From: Candidatus Saccharimonadales bacterium
GTDB taxonomy: Bacteria; Patescibacteriota; Saccharimonadia; Saccharimonadales; 2-12-FULL-41-12
Assembly (NCBI GenBank): GCA_041906505.1
Contig: JAYRJB010000008.1
Coordinates: 8,053-72,052, forward strand
Direction of reading: 5' to 3'
DNA: 64,000 bases
The notes under the pieces were generated by a model. The model ran no database searches and was not told the origin of the DNA. It saw only the letters and a program-made list of their open reading frames with translations. A program made the translations under genes and the position numbers. Positions within the stretch are counted from its first letter, which is position 1; each line of letters begins with the position of its first letter. Positions 28,110-37,020 of this stretch are shown here, in pieces.

Positions 28110-28610
28110 CTATTTCGCGAAACGAAGGTGGAACAAAGCCATTGCGGCAGCCTCCACAACGTTAAATGACTCTTTTTTTCCGAGCATTGGAATTTCGAGA
28201 TGTAGTGAACTTTTCTTGAGCAGAGATGGGTCGACGCCCAAAACCTCCGAGCCGATAATGAGTGCAACTTTCTTCGGTGGCAAATAATTTTGTATGTTTT
28301 GACTGCGCTGAGTTTGTTCGAGTGCAGCAAGTATATATTTTTCTCGCGCAAGTGTTTCAAGAACCGATTCTACACTTTGCACATACTCCCAATTGAGGGT
28401 TTTCTCAGCCCCAAGGGAGACCTTCTGAATTTGCGCCGTAAGTTTTTGGTAGTTGTGCGGTAAGCGATCCTCAATAGTTCGTTTAGGGTGGGGTGAATAC
28501 CCCGAGAGATAAAGCTTCTTGACGCCCAATCCTTCGCACGTTCGAAAAAGCGCACCGATGTTGTGGGCGCTTCTTATGTTGTGGGCAACAACCGCAATAT
28601 CTCTATCCAT
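28110..28610 (-). CDS. SpoU/TrmH-family RNA 2'-O-methyltransferase
   Basis: N.R.AHNIGA.FRT.EG.G, ALI.G.E..G and IPM.G...S.NV..A motifs. Start taken at Met43 of the 208-aa ORF, which avoids overlap with the divergent gene and follows a TATACT hexamer by 7 nt. Confidence 0.8.
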   Translation of the reverse strand: MDRDIAVVAHNIRSAHNIGALFRTCEGLGVKKLYLSGYSPHPKRTIEDRLPHNYQKLTAQIQKVSLGAEKTLNWEYVQSVESVLETLAREKYILAALEQTQRSQNIQNYLPPKKVALIIGSEVLGVDPSLLKKSSLHLEIPMLGKKESFNVVEAAAMALFHLRFAK

Positions 28611-28654
28611 GTTTTGAAGTATACATTTATTCGTGGACCGATGGATAACCCTTG

Positions 28655-28663
28655 TGGTTAAAT
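28655..28663 (+). promoter_or_regulatory. extended -10 element TGgTTAAAT, 8 nt upstream of the PilB-like ATG
   Basis: Read directly. A divergent TATACT (plus-strand AGTATA 28618-28623) serves the SpoU gene. Confidence 0.4.
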
Positions 28664-28671
28664 AGACGGTA

Positions 28672-30273
28672 ATGAGCCAAGATGCAAGGCGTTCCGAAGA
28701 ACAGTCCACCCAACGACGTTCCCAAATATTGGGCATGGCTTATTTTGATACTTCTACTGCTGCTGAAAAAACACTCTATCATGATCTTCTCGCGGTCCAA
28801 GAGTTGAAGGACTTAAAGGTGGTGCCATTGCAGGCCGACGAACACAACATACTGTTTGGCGTTACGAATAACACTTCGCAGCAAACCATGCAAACCATTC
28901 GTGGAAGATTTCTGGACCAGAGAGTGGCATTTTCACTCATCTCTGATAACGGTTTTATGGAATACATGCGGCTCTATAATCCTCCGGAAAAAATTGAATA
29001 CCAAGACGTTAAGTTTAGCGATCAACAAAATGATGCCCTAATAGATGAGGTGACTGCTACGCTAGGCAGGGTTTTGGCCGACGACATCCTCGCCTATCTT
29101 GTGAAGCAAACCTATCAACTGAAAGGTTCTGATATTCATCTCGAATGCCAGAAAGATCATGTGCGTGTACGTGTTCGAGTTGACGGAGTTTTACATCCGA
29201 TTGCTCATATAGCGCACGATAAGTATCACCAAGTGCTGTCTTCAATCGCAATAGCTGCAAATGTCAGTACGAATAATCCAGATCCTGAGACAGGACACAT
29301 AAACAAGGTCTATACACTCGCAACCGGCGAAGAGGTAAACGTGAATTTGCGTGTCGAAACCGTTCCAACCGCCTATGGCACTGACGTGGTAATGCGTTTG
29401 TTTAATCTAAAAATGGAATTGCTAAACCTCGACAGTCTTGGTTTAAGCGAAAAAGAACGAGCTGTTGTTGACGATATTATTCGGCACCCATCGGGCATGG
29501 TGCTCGTCGTCGGTCCAACTGGTTCTGGAAAAACGACCACCTTATATTCGCTGATCAATACACTTAACTCGCCCGAACGAAAGATTATTACGCTAGAGGA
29601 TCCAATTGAATATTTTCTTCCTGGAGTTGTGCAGATTCCGGTTCAAGGTGACAAAAACCAACTCGGATTTGCCGAAAAACTTCGTGCGGTGCTTCGTCTC
29701 GACCCAGATATAGTCATGGTTGGCGAAATTCGTGATCAAGATACGGCCAAAACAGCCCTTCAAGCAGCGCTTACTGGACATCTCGTACTATCCACGTTCC
29801 ATGCCGCCTCGGCTTCGGCAGCAATCATGAGAATGCTTGACGCCATCGGAATCAATCCGCTTTTTGCAAGTGCGATGCATTTAGTCATGGCGCAGCGACT
29901 AATTCGGCGTCTTGATGATGAAACCAAACAGCCATATCAACCAGACGACGACCTAAAGGCTCAACTTAAAAGCGTAATTGACACCCTGCCACCAGAATTG
30001 GAACGTCCCAATATTGACGAGATTACGCTCTATAAGCCCGGGAAGTCTGATGAAAATCCGTTTGGCTATAAGGGGCAAATTGCAATTCGAGAACAGCTTG
30101 AGATGACGCCGGGGATACAGCAACTTCTTAGAAAACCAGCAAATCAACTTACTTCTGACATGCTGCAAGCAAAGGCCGTTGAGGACGGCATGATTACGAT
30201 GCTGCACGACGGCGTGTTAAAGGCGATTCGCGGCGAAACTACGCTCGAAGAGGTGTATCGAGTCGTTAGTTAG
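28672..30273 (+). CDS. GspE/PilB-family type II/IV secretion or type IV pilus assembly ATPase
   Basis: N-terminal T2SSE_N-like domain, Walker A GPTGSGKTTTLYS, Asp box, Walker B (VMVGEIRD), His box (GHLVLSTFH). The C-terminal region has no tetracysteine Zn motif. Confidence 0.85.
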   Translation: MSQDARRSEEQSTQRRSQILGMAYFDTSTAAEKTLYHDLLAVQELKDLKVVPLQADEHNILFGVTNNTSQQTMQTIRGRFLDQRVAFSLISDNGFMEYMRLYNPPEKIEYQDVKFSDQQNDALIDEVTATLGRVLADDILAYLVKQTYQLKGSDIHLECQKDHVRVRVRVDGVLHPIAHIAHDKYHQVLSSIAIAANVSTNNPDPETGHINKVYTLATGEEVNVNLRVETVPTAYGTDVVMRLFNLKMELLNLDSLGLSEKERAVVDDIIRHPSGMVLVVGPTGSGKTTTLYSLINTLNSPERKIITLEDPIEYFLPGVVQIPVQGDKNQLGFAEKLRAVLRLDPDIVMVGEIRDQDTAKTALQAALTGHLVLSTFHAASASAAIMRMLDAIGINPLFASAMHLVMAQRLIRRLDDETKQPYQPDDDLKAQLKSVIDTLPPELERPNIDEITLYKPGKSDENPFGYKGQIAIREQLEMTPGIQQLLRKPANQLTSDMLQAKAVEDGMITMLHDGVLKAIRGETTLEEVYRVVS

Positions 30274-30288
30274 ATTGGTGCTTTCTAT

Positions 30289-31422
30289 TTAGGTTACAAC
30301 TCTTGCGATCGTGGGCACTAACCTATCATCAAGAACTGAGGGAATGATTTCTTGAGGAGTGGGGTTCTTGACGAGAGCTGCAATCGCTTCGGCGGCAGCT
30401 ATCTTGTGGTCGTCGGTTATGGCGGTAAGCTTATTGTCTAGCGCACCGCGAAAGATACCAGGGAAGGCCAGCGCGTTATTGACTTGATTGGGGAAGTCGC
30501 TGCGCCCCGTGGCCATTATTGCCACTCCAGCTTGTTTGGCTTCATCTGGCATAATCTCTGGGACCGGGTTTGCCATTGCAAAAATAATGGGATCTTTGTT
30601 CATCGACTTGACCATTGCTTGACTGAGCAGCCCCGCTTTGGAGACGCCGATAAACACATCGGCGCCCTCTATAACGTCTTCAAGAGAGCCATCAATATTC
30701 GACATGTTACTGAAGTTGAGCAGTCGCTTCTTTTCTTCATTGAGATCGGTTCGGTTCTTGCTGATAACCCCCTTACTGTCAACCACAAACATTGACGGTT
30801 TGGCGTATTGATGCAAGAGCTTCATGATGGCTACACCGGCTGCTCCCGCCCCAGCAACGACTATCTTTGCGTCCGCGAGCGAGCGGCCTACGACTTTCAT
30901 AGAGTTGATTAGCCCAGCCAGTACAACAACTGCCGTTCCATGCTGGTCATCGTGAAAGACAGGAATGTTAAGCTCCGATATTAATCGTTCTTCAACCTCA
31001 AAACAAATTGGTGCAGCGATATCTTCGAGGTTAATGCCGCCAAAAGTAGGGGCAATAGCTTGAACGGTCGCAACAATTTCGTCGGCGGTGTGGGCATTAA
31101 TTACTATTGGCACTGCATCTATATCGGCAAAATGCTTAAAAAGCATCGCCTTTCCTTCCATGACAGGCAGTGCGCCGAGGGGCCCAATATTACCGAGACC
31201 GAGTACAGCAGAACCGTCGCTTACGATTGCCACCGAGTTGTTGGTCCACGTATACTCACGAGCTTCGTTGGGGTGTGTGGCAACATAGCTGCTCACTGCA
31301 CCAACGCCTGGAGTATAGTAAGTGCTCAACTTATCCTTGGTGTCCAGGGTGTCTTTTAAGCGTATTCCTACCTTGCCCCTAAGCTGCCTGTGTTGCTTAA
31401 GCGCCTCTTGTGCGTAATCCAT
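30289..31422 (-). CDS. NAD(P)-dependent malic enzyme (oxaloacetate-decarboxylating malate dehydrogenase)
   Basis: YTPGV, VSDGSAVLGLGNIG, EDI..P.CF, GAGAAG motifs. Start at Met22 of the ORF (MDYAQEALKQH), 8 nt after a TACAAT hexamer. Confidence 0.9.
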   Translation of the reverse strand: MDYAQEALKQHRQLRGKVGIRLKDTLDTKDKLSTYYTPGVGAVSSYVATHPNEAREYTWTNNSVAIVSDGSAVLGLGNIGPLGALPVMEGKAMLFKHFADIDAVPIVINAHTADEIVATVQAIAPTFGGINLEDIAAPICFEVEERLISELNIPVFHDDQHGTAVVVLAGLINSMKVVGRSLADAKIVVAGAGAAGVAIMKLLHQYAKPSMFVVDSKGVISKNRTDLNEEKKRLLNFSNMSNIDGSLEDVIEGADVFIGVSKAGLLSQAMVKSMNKDPIIFAMANPVPEIMPDEAKQAGVAIMATGRSDFPNQVNNALAFPGIFRGALDNKLTAITDDHKIAAAEAIAALVKNPTPQEIIPSVLDDRLVPTIARVVT

Positions 31423-31554
31423 TGCAAATAATTGTAAACGATAAGGTAGTCTATGCCCAATGTTGCCTTCGCGTACCAGTTTCATTATTTGCGTGGATAT
31501 GTTATGGTAGATGAAAGATTTAAAGAGTTAGGCACAAGTAAGAGTTATATTTCT

Positions 31555-32022
31555 ATGCAATCAGTGATTCAGAAAATCGAAGACAAGTACAAGAAACACG
31601 ACGTGGTGAATGTTCAGAGCGGAGATACGGTGAGAGTTCACCAAAAGATTCGTGAGGGCAACAAAGAGCGCGTTCAAGTGTTTGAAGGGTTGGTGATTAG
31701 AACTGATCGAAAAGGGAGCCACACCAGCAGTATTACTGTTCGACGTATTGCGAGCGGGGTTGGTGTCGAAAAGTCCTACCTACTACACAGTCCACTCGTG
31801 GTAAAAGTTGAGGTAACCAAGCGTGGCAAAGTTCGGCGCAACTACTTGACATACATGCGTGCTCGAACAGGAAAGTCGGCTCGCTTGGCAAATGTTGCGT
31901 TCGATCGAAATAAGGTCAATGCGGTTGAAGCAAAGCCTGCCGAAGAGAAAGTTGAGTCGGCCGCTACCCCAGAGTCTCCCCTAGAAAACGAAGAAAAAAA
32001 CCCAAAGACACAAGACGCCTAA
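31555..32022 (+). CDS. rplS: 50S ribosomal protein L19 with about 40-aa acidic C-terminal extension
   Basis: GDTVRVH.KI.EGNKERVQVFEG.VI and the GKVRR region. Start chosen by alignment to the typical L19 N-terminus. Confidence 0.9.
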   Translation: MQSVIQKIEDKYKKHDVVNVQSGDTVRVHQKIREGNKERVQVFEGLVIRTDRKGSHTSSITVRRIASGVGVEKSYLLHSPLVVKVEVTKRGKVRRNYLTYMRARTGKSARLANVAFDRNKVNAVEAKPAEEKVESAATPESPLENEEKNPKTQDA

Positions 32023-32085
32023 AGTTATCAAAAAACGATACCGCTAGCTCTCCCAACAGCCAGAAACAACCGATCAAACTAGTCT

Positions 32086-32094
32086 TGATATAAT
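32086..32094 (+). promoter_or_regulatory. extended -10 element TGaTATAAT, 6 nt upstream of the rnhB ATG (leaderless geometry)
   Basis: Read directly. The A of ATG 32101 is the 7th nt after the hexamer. Confidence 0.5.
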
Positions 32095-32100
32095 ACGGCC

Positions 32101-32649
32101 ATGGTTATCGGAATTGATGAGGTCGGACGAGGTGCGTGGGCTGGCCCACTTGTCGTTGCAGCCGTCTCTCTCGACGCTCGGATCGATGGACTGAACGATT
32201 CTAAGAAGTTGAACCCCAGGCAGCGCGGTGCGCTATACGTTCAGATAGTTGAATGCGCGGAGTTTATCGGGATGGGATGGGCAAGTCCAAAGGAAGTTGA
32301 CGCGATAGGTTTAACCGCGGCTACCACTTTGGCCTGCCAGCGCTCGCTCGTCGACGCACCGCTAGACAGCGAGATCATTATCGACGGCTCGGTTAATTAT
32401 CTGAAACATGTCAAAGGGACTACAACGCTAGTTAACGGTGACAGTATCATACCTGCAATATCAGCTGCCAGCGTTGTCGCAAAGGTCACACGAGACCAAT
32501 ATATGCTGTCGTTGGCAAATGAGCACAAACAGTACGGTTTTGGTACCCATGTTGGTTACGGAACAGAAAAACATCGTGAAGCGATAAAAAAATATGGAAT
32601 CACTGTACATCACCGTACAAGCGTTCGGCCGTTGCGGATGTACGCATGA
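32101..32649 (+). CDS. rnhB: ribonuclease HII
   Basis: IGIDEVGRGAWAGPLVVAAV and DSKKL motifs. Confidence 0.9.
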   Translation: MVIGIDEVGRGAWAGPLVVAAVSLDARIDGLNDSKKLNPRQRGALYVQIVECAEFIGMGWASPKEVDAIGLTAATTLACQRSLVDAPLDSEIIIDGSVNYLKHVKGTTTLVNGDSIIPAISAASVVAKVTRDQYMLSLANEHKQYGFGTHVGYGTEKHREAIKKYGITVHHRTSVRPLRMYA

Positions 32650-32984
32650 AAAAAGCAAACAGCGGGATATATGCCGAAGAAGAAGTTGCCAACTATTTAG
32701 TCAATCAAGGCTATAAGCTAGTTGCAAGAAACTGGAAAACTCCGCAGTGTGAGGTAGACATTATTGCCCAAAAAAATAACTGTTTACATTTTGTTGAAGT
32801 CAAATACCGGAAAACCTCTCTGCAAGGCTCGGGATTTGAGTACATAACACCTAAGAAAATGAAGCAAATGAGCTTTGCTGCAAGCTATTGGATTGCGCGA
32901 CACGGATGGGAGGGAGAAGTTGTGCTGAGCGGGGCGAGCGTGAGTGGTGCCGATTTTGCAGTCGAGTTTATTGAGCAGCTATAA
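32646..32984 (+). CDS. yraN: YraN-family (UPF0102) endonuclease-like protein
   Basis: G...E..A..YL...GY.....N.......E.D.IA........FVEVK.R pattern. ATGA overlap with rnhB. Confidence 0.8.
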   Translation: MKKANSGIYAEEEVANYLVNQGYKLVARNWKTPQCEVDIIAQKNNCLHFVEVKYRKTSLQGSGFEYITPKKMKQMSFAASYWIARHGWEGEVVLSGASVSGADFAVEFIEQL

Positions 32985-33025
32985 ACCGTTCTCTTTGGCG
33001 GAGCTGCAACAACTTAGGCTTTTGG

Positions 33026-35602
33026 TTACCGATTTGACAAATAGTGCTCAAGTGGTTTTTCGTTTCGATCGTGCCAGGCGACTCGAGAGCGTATCTCGCT
33101 TTTTGCAATCACAATGTTTCTTTTTAATGAAACGATGTTTTCCCTCGGCTCAAAAAACTTCAAAAATTTTGTTTGCCAATCTTTTGTGTGGATATTTGCT
33201 GAAGAATAAACAATGAAATGATCGAATGACTTTCCACCCCCAAAGCGAGCCGAAAGCATGTCCCAGGATGAGGTTAGCCACTCCCAGGCCTGTTCTCGAG
33301 TGTATCGATTTCGCATTAGGTACGCATACCAGCGGAAAATATCCTGTGAGCGCACAAATCCCTTCGCACCAAGTCCCTCTTCTATAATTCTGCTGGCGAC
33401 CTCGCTGTTTTTTGTGTGCGTCAATGCCGCCGAAATAGAAAGCTGCAAGTGAGGGTCGTTGGTTGATGTATATACCTCAATTAGCCTATCAACATCCCTT
33501 TTGTCGTTTTTGTGTCGTATGGTTGCCCCGAGGATGAGTCCACGAAGGTCAGAGGGTAGCTCCTCTAAAGACCGACAGTCATGATATTTTTGAATTGCCT
33601 CATCAATAACGGTTTTGTTCTCGGAGCCAACCATGAGGCCAAGTACCGTTGGGCGCAGTAGTTTTGTATTTGGGTCCTCATCTTTTTTTTCAACCCAGCC
33701 CAGTTTGCTATACAAGTCTTTGGCCACCTCGTGCTTTATGGCTCTCATTCCGTCTTCAATAGCTTGATTGTGTTCGCCAAGTTGACTTCCCAGCGCCAAT
33801 ATTCTTGCGAATAACGCCCACACTGCTTCTCGAGGTTCATCTTTGCATTGACGAACGATATCAATGAGATCCACAAGACTAAGATCGCCCCGCTTATTTA
33901 GGAGCACCATATCATTAAGTGAATTTATTCGAGCTTCCGATGGTATTGTGCGGCGACGAATTGCCTCGGATAAGTGTTTTGACTGAGCTGGTGTTTTGTA
34001 ATAGACGACATAGTGCCCACTTCCCCTTGTGTTAAGTAGCGGCGTATCGCCTTTGTTGTAATGTGCCTCAGAAGAATGACCAACAAATACGTCTGGTGTC
34101 ACGGGTTGGTTTGCAAGTAGAGGAATTGGCCAAAGATACTCAGATGTTCCATTATCGAGCAAAAAACGTGATTGGGTTAAACTCAATATACCTTTAGACT
34201 CTGCCACAACAGAAACTATGGGCATTCCTGATTGTTCAAGCCAGGGATTCATGAAATCGTGAACTTTTTTATCACTCGTCTTTGACAACGAAGTCCACAA
34301 ATCGTCTCTCGTGGTGTTTTTGTATTTATAAGTGGAAAAATAACTTTTTAAGCCTTCACGAAAGGCAGCCTCTCCAATATAGTCCATGAGCATTTTTAGG
34401 AGGCGTCCACCCTTGGCGTATACAATTGCGGGATCAAACAAGGTGTGTATTTCGTCTGGGTGCGTTACGTCAACCCGAACTGGCTGCACATCCTTATGGA
34501 CATCTCGACTGGATGAAGCAATCACGTCTACGCTGACATATTGTTCCCATTGGTGCCATGTAGGGTGAAGGTGGTCTAGTGCAATATGCTCCATTAGGCT
34601 CGCAAAACTTTCATTGAGCCATAGGTCGTCCCACCATTTCATGGTTACTAAATTCCCAAACCATTGGTGTGATAGTTCGTGGGCTATCACCATTGACACG
34701 TATTGTTCGCTGGCGATAGAGCGATTCATAGGATCTGTGAGCAAGGCAACTTCGCGGTAAGTAATTAACCCCCAATTTTCCATAGCGCCACTTTCGAAGT
34801 CTGGTAGAGCCACTTGATCGCACTTCGGCAACGGGAAGGGGGTGTCAAAATAATCTTCAAAAAAATCGATAACCTTTATGGCTTGCTCATTCGCGTACGA
34901 AAGCATTTTCTTTGGCTGCTTGATGTGGCCCCAGGTACGTATCTCAATGCCATTCTTAGATACGCCCTCCACCGCATGGATCTTCCCGACAACAAATGCC
35001 AGTAAGTAGCTGCTCATTATGGGTGTCGTATTGAACGAAGATGTTTTTAGGTTGTCTTCGTTTACGACTTCTTTTTTAAGGGGCATGTTCGATAAGACAA
35101 TATCGTCTTTCGGAGCGGTAATTCGTAAATCAAAGGTTGCTTTTGCCTCTGGTTCGTCAATGCAAGGAAACACTTCCCTGGCGTGGTGGCTCTCAAATTG
35201 GGTGGCAAGCAGAGATTCCTTCTGCCCGTTGTTCATAAATGTACAGGGGTATAATCCTGTCATTGGGTCGGTAATTTTTCCCGAAAAAGCGATCTCAACA
35301 CTATACGTTCCTGGGTAGAGCATTGAAGCTGTGTGAATGCGGAGCTCGTCAAATTTTTTGTGTTGGTTTATTCTTTGGACGCTAACCGAGTCGGGCGCTG
35401 ATTTGTCGTGACGAATTATTTTTGCGGACTGTATCGAAAGCCCCTTTTGATGTAGGGTAATTCTTTTACTTGGTCTACCGGTTTTTTTGCCCGTGATGGT
35501 CACGGTTCCAAAGAAACTTTTATTCTGAGCATCTAACGACAGGTCTAGCTCATAATTTGTTGGGGCAAACTGATAGTAAAGCCGAGGCACATTTTTGCTC
35601 AT
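33026..35602 (-). CDS. pepN: M1-family aminopeptidase N
   Basis: GAMENWG exopeptidase motif and HELSHQWFGNLVTMKWWDDLWLNESFA (HEXXH-X18-E). Confidence 0.9.
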   Translation of the reverse strand: MSKNVPRLYYQFAPTNYELDLSLDAQNKSFFGTVTITGKKTGRPSKRITLHQKGLSIQSAKIIRHDKSAPDSVSVQRINQHKKFDELRIHTASMLYPGTYSVEIAFSGKITDPMTGLYPCTFMNNGQKESLLATQFESHHAREVFPCIDEPEAKATFDLRITAPKDDIVLSNMPLKKEVVNEDNLKTSSFNTTPIMSSYLLAFVVGKIHAVEGVSKNGIEIRTWGHIKQPKKMLSYANEQAIKVIDFFEDYFDTPFPLPKCDQVALPDFESGAMENWGLITYREVALLTDPMNRSIASEQYVSMVIAHELSHQWFGNLVTMKWWDDLWLNESFASLMEHIALDHLHPTWHQWEQYVSVDVIASSSRDVHKDVQPVRVDVTHPDEIHTLFDPAIVYAKGGRLLKMLMDYIGEAAFREGLKSYFSTYKYKNTTRDDLWTSLSKTSDKKVHDFMNPWLEQSGMPIVSVVAESKGILSLTQSRFLLDNGTSEYLWPIPLLANQPVTPDVFVGHSSEAHYNKGDTPLLNTRGSGHYVVYYKTPAQSKHLSEAIRRRTIPSEARINSLNDMVLLNKRGDLSLVDLIDIVRQCKDEPREAVWALFARILALGSQLGEHNQAIEDGMRAIKHEVAKDLYSKLGWVEKKDEDPNTKLLRPTVLGLMVGSENKTVIDEAIQKYHDCRSLEELPSDLRGLILGATIRHKNDKRDVDRLIEVYTSTNDPHLQLSISAALTHTKNSEVASRIIEEGLGAKGFVRSQDIFRWYAYLMRNRYTREQAWEWLTSSWDMLSARFGGGKSFDHFIVYSSANIHTKDWQTKFLKFFEPRENIVSLKRNIVIAKSEIRSRVAWHDRNEKPLEHYLSNR

Positions 35603-35680
35603 TTACTCTATTGTACCGAAAATGTGATATGCGTCACAATTTGCATAACTCTTGACCATACGCTAAACTGTAGGAGAGTT

Positions 35681-35705
35681 GTCCGGCCGTCTGGTCGGAT
35701 TTTTT
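35681..35705 (+). terminator. intrinsic-terminator-like hairpin plus T6 in the nusA 5' leader (putative attenuator)
   Basis: TCCGGCC (35682-35688) / loop GTCT / GGTCGGA (35693-35699, one G-U pair), followed by TTTTTT 35700-35705. It ends 34 nt before the nusA ATG. No upstream plus-strand gene exists for it to terminate. Confidence 0.55.
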
Positions 35706-35739
35706 AATGCCAGGCTCGGTTGATTGAAAGGAAACAATA

Positions 35740-36924
35740 ATGGATTTAGATGTAAAGCAATTGGCGGTGGTGATACGAACAATCGCTGAGGAGAAGAACT
35801 TACCAGAAGATTCGGTTAAGGAAGTGGTCGAACAAGCACTTGCGGCAGCTTATCGCAAAGACTTTGGTGATCGAGAACAAGAAGTTAGGGTAAACATGAA
35901 CCTTAACAGCGGCGAAATTGATGTGTTTGTTGGTAAAGAAGTTGTTGAAAAAGTCGGAGATGATCGTTTTGAGATTTCGCTTTCTGAGGCAAAGAAAAAA
36001 AAGAAAGACGCGGCTCTTGGCGATTTAATCGAATTTCATCAACAAGCTGATAGTTTTGGAAGAGTTGCGGCTCAAACCGCCAAGCAGGTGATTCTGCAAC
36101 GGCTTAGGGAGGCCGAGCGGGAAATTATCATGAATGAGTACCAAGATAAAATCGGTACAGTGGTCAACGGTATTGTTGCACGTGTTGAAGGCCGTATTGT
36201 ACGAGTTGATTTGGGCAAGGCTCAAGCCATAATGCCTGCAAGCGAACAAATTCAAAATGAACGATACCACCCCGGTCAAAGACTCAAGTTTTACTTGAAG
36301 GATGTCGAGCGTGGCTTTCGGGGTCCTCAACTGGTGGTTTCGAGGGGTTCTACTGAATTTATGGAATGGCTGTTTCGAGGAGAAGTTCCCGAAATGGAAA
36401 GTGGCGCAGTCGCGATTAAGGCGATTGCAAGAGAAGCCGGCGTCCGAAGTAAAATAGCGGTAACGAGCACGGTGCCCGGTGTTGATCCTGTTGGTACTTT
36501 CGTCGGTGGGCACGGAACGCGGGTAAATGCGGTTATGAGCGAGGTTGGAGAACAAGAAAAAATTGACATTGTTGTCTGGGATGACAATCCTGTCACTTTT
36601 CTTACGAACGCCCTAAGTCCCACAAAAGTAACCTCAGTAAAGCTCGACGAAAAGAGCAAAAAGGCGACCGTGAACGTTCCCGAAGATCAGTTGAGTATTG
36701 CTATTGGAAAAAGTGGTCAAAATGTTCGCCTCGCGAGTAAGCTAACCGGCTACGAGATTGACATCGTTTCCGACGCGGCAAAGGAGGTAGAGGTGCCGCA
36801 AGTTGCTGAAGTAAACACATCAAAGCCGCTTGGTGGTCAAAAACTAAAGAAGAAAGAAGCTCTCGAGAGCAGTCTGCTCGAAGCAATTGAAGAACACGGC
36901 GAAGACAACAATAAAACTGACTAA
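35740..36924 (+). CDS. nusA: transcription termination/antitermination factor NusA
   Basis: N-terminal domain, S1 domain (G.IV.G.V) and two KH domains (AIGK.GQNVRLAS.LTG). Confidence 0.95.
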   Translation: MDLDVKQLAVVIRTIAEEKNLPEDSVKEVVEQALAAAYRKDFGDREQEVRVNMNLNSGEIDVFVGKEVVEKVGDDRFEISLSEAKKKKKDAALGDLIEFHQQADSFGRVAAQTAKQVILQRLREAEREIIMNEYQDKIGTVVNGIVARVEGRIVRVDLGKAQAIMPASEQIQNERYHPGQRLKFYLKDVERGFRGPQLVVSRGSTEFMEWLFRGEVPEMESGAVAIKAIAREAGVRSKIAVTSTVPGVDPVGTFVGGHGTRVNAVMSEVGEQEKIDIVVWDDNPVTFLTNALSPTKVTSVKLDEKSKKATVNVPEDQLSIAIGKSGQNVRLASKLTGYEIDIVSDAAKEVEVPQVAEVNTSKPLGGQKLKKKEALESSLLEAIEEHGEDNNKTD

Positions 36925-36930
36925 AGCTAT

Positions 36931-36957
36931 CTAGCACTCTTGACCCTAGAGTGCTAG
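36931..36957 (+). promoter_or_regulatory. CIRCE-like inverted repeat (HrcA operator) upstream of clpC
   Basis: CTAGCACTC-N9-GAGTGCTAG versus consensus TTAGCACTC-N9-GAGTGCTAA (16/18). Confidence 0.7.
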
Positions 36958-36969
36958 TTTTGGTATCAT
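36940..36969 (+). promoter_or_regulatory. clpC promoter TTGACC-N18-(TGg)TATCAT, with the -35 inside the CIRCE spacer
   Basis: Hexamers at 36940-36945 and 36964-36969 with a TGg extension at 36961-36963. Confidence 0.55.
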
Positions 36970-37020
36970 AGTGTCTGAAGTGACTTTGCAATAAAAAGTT
37001 ACTAGAAACGAGGGTATGAC

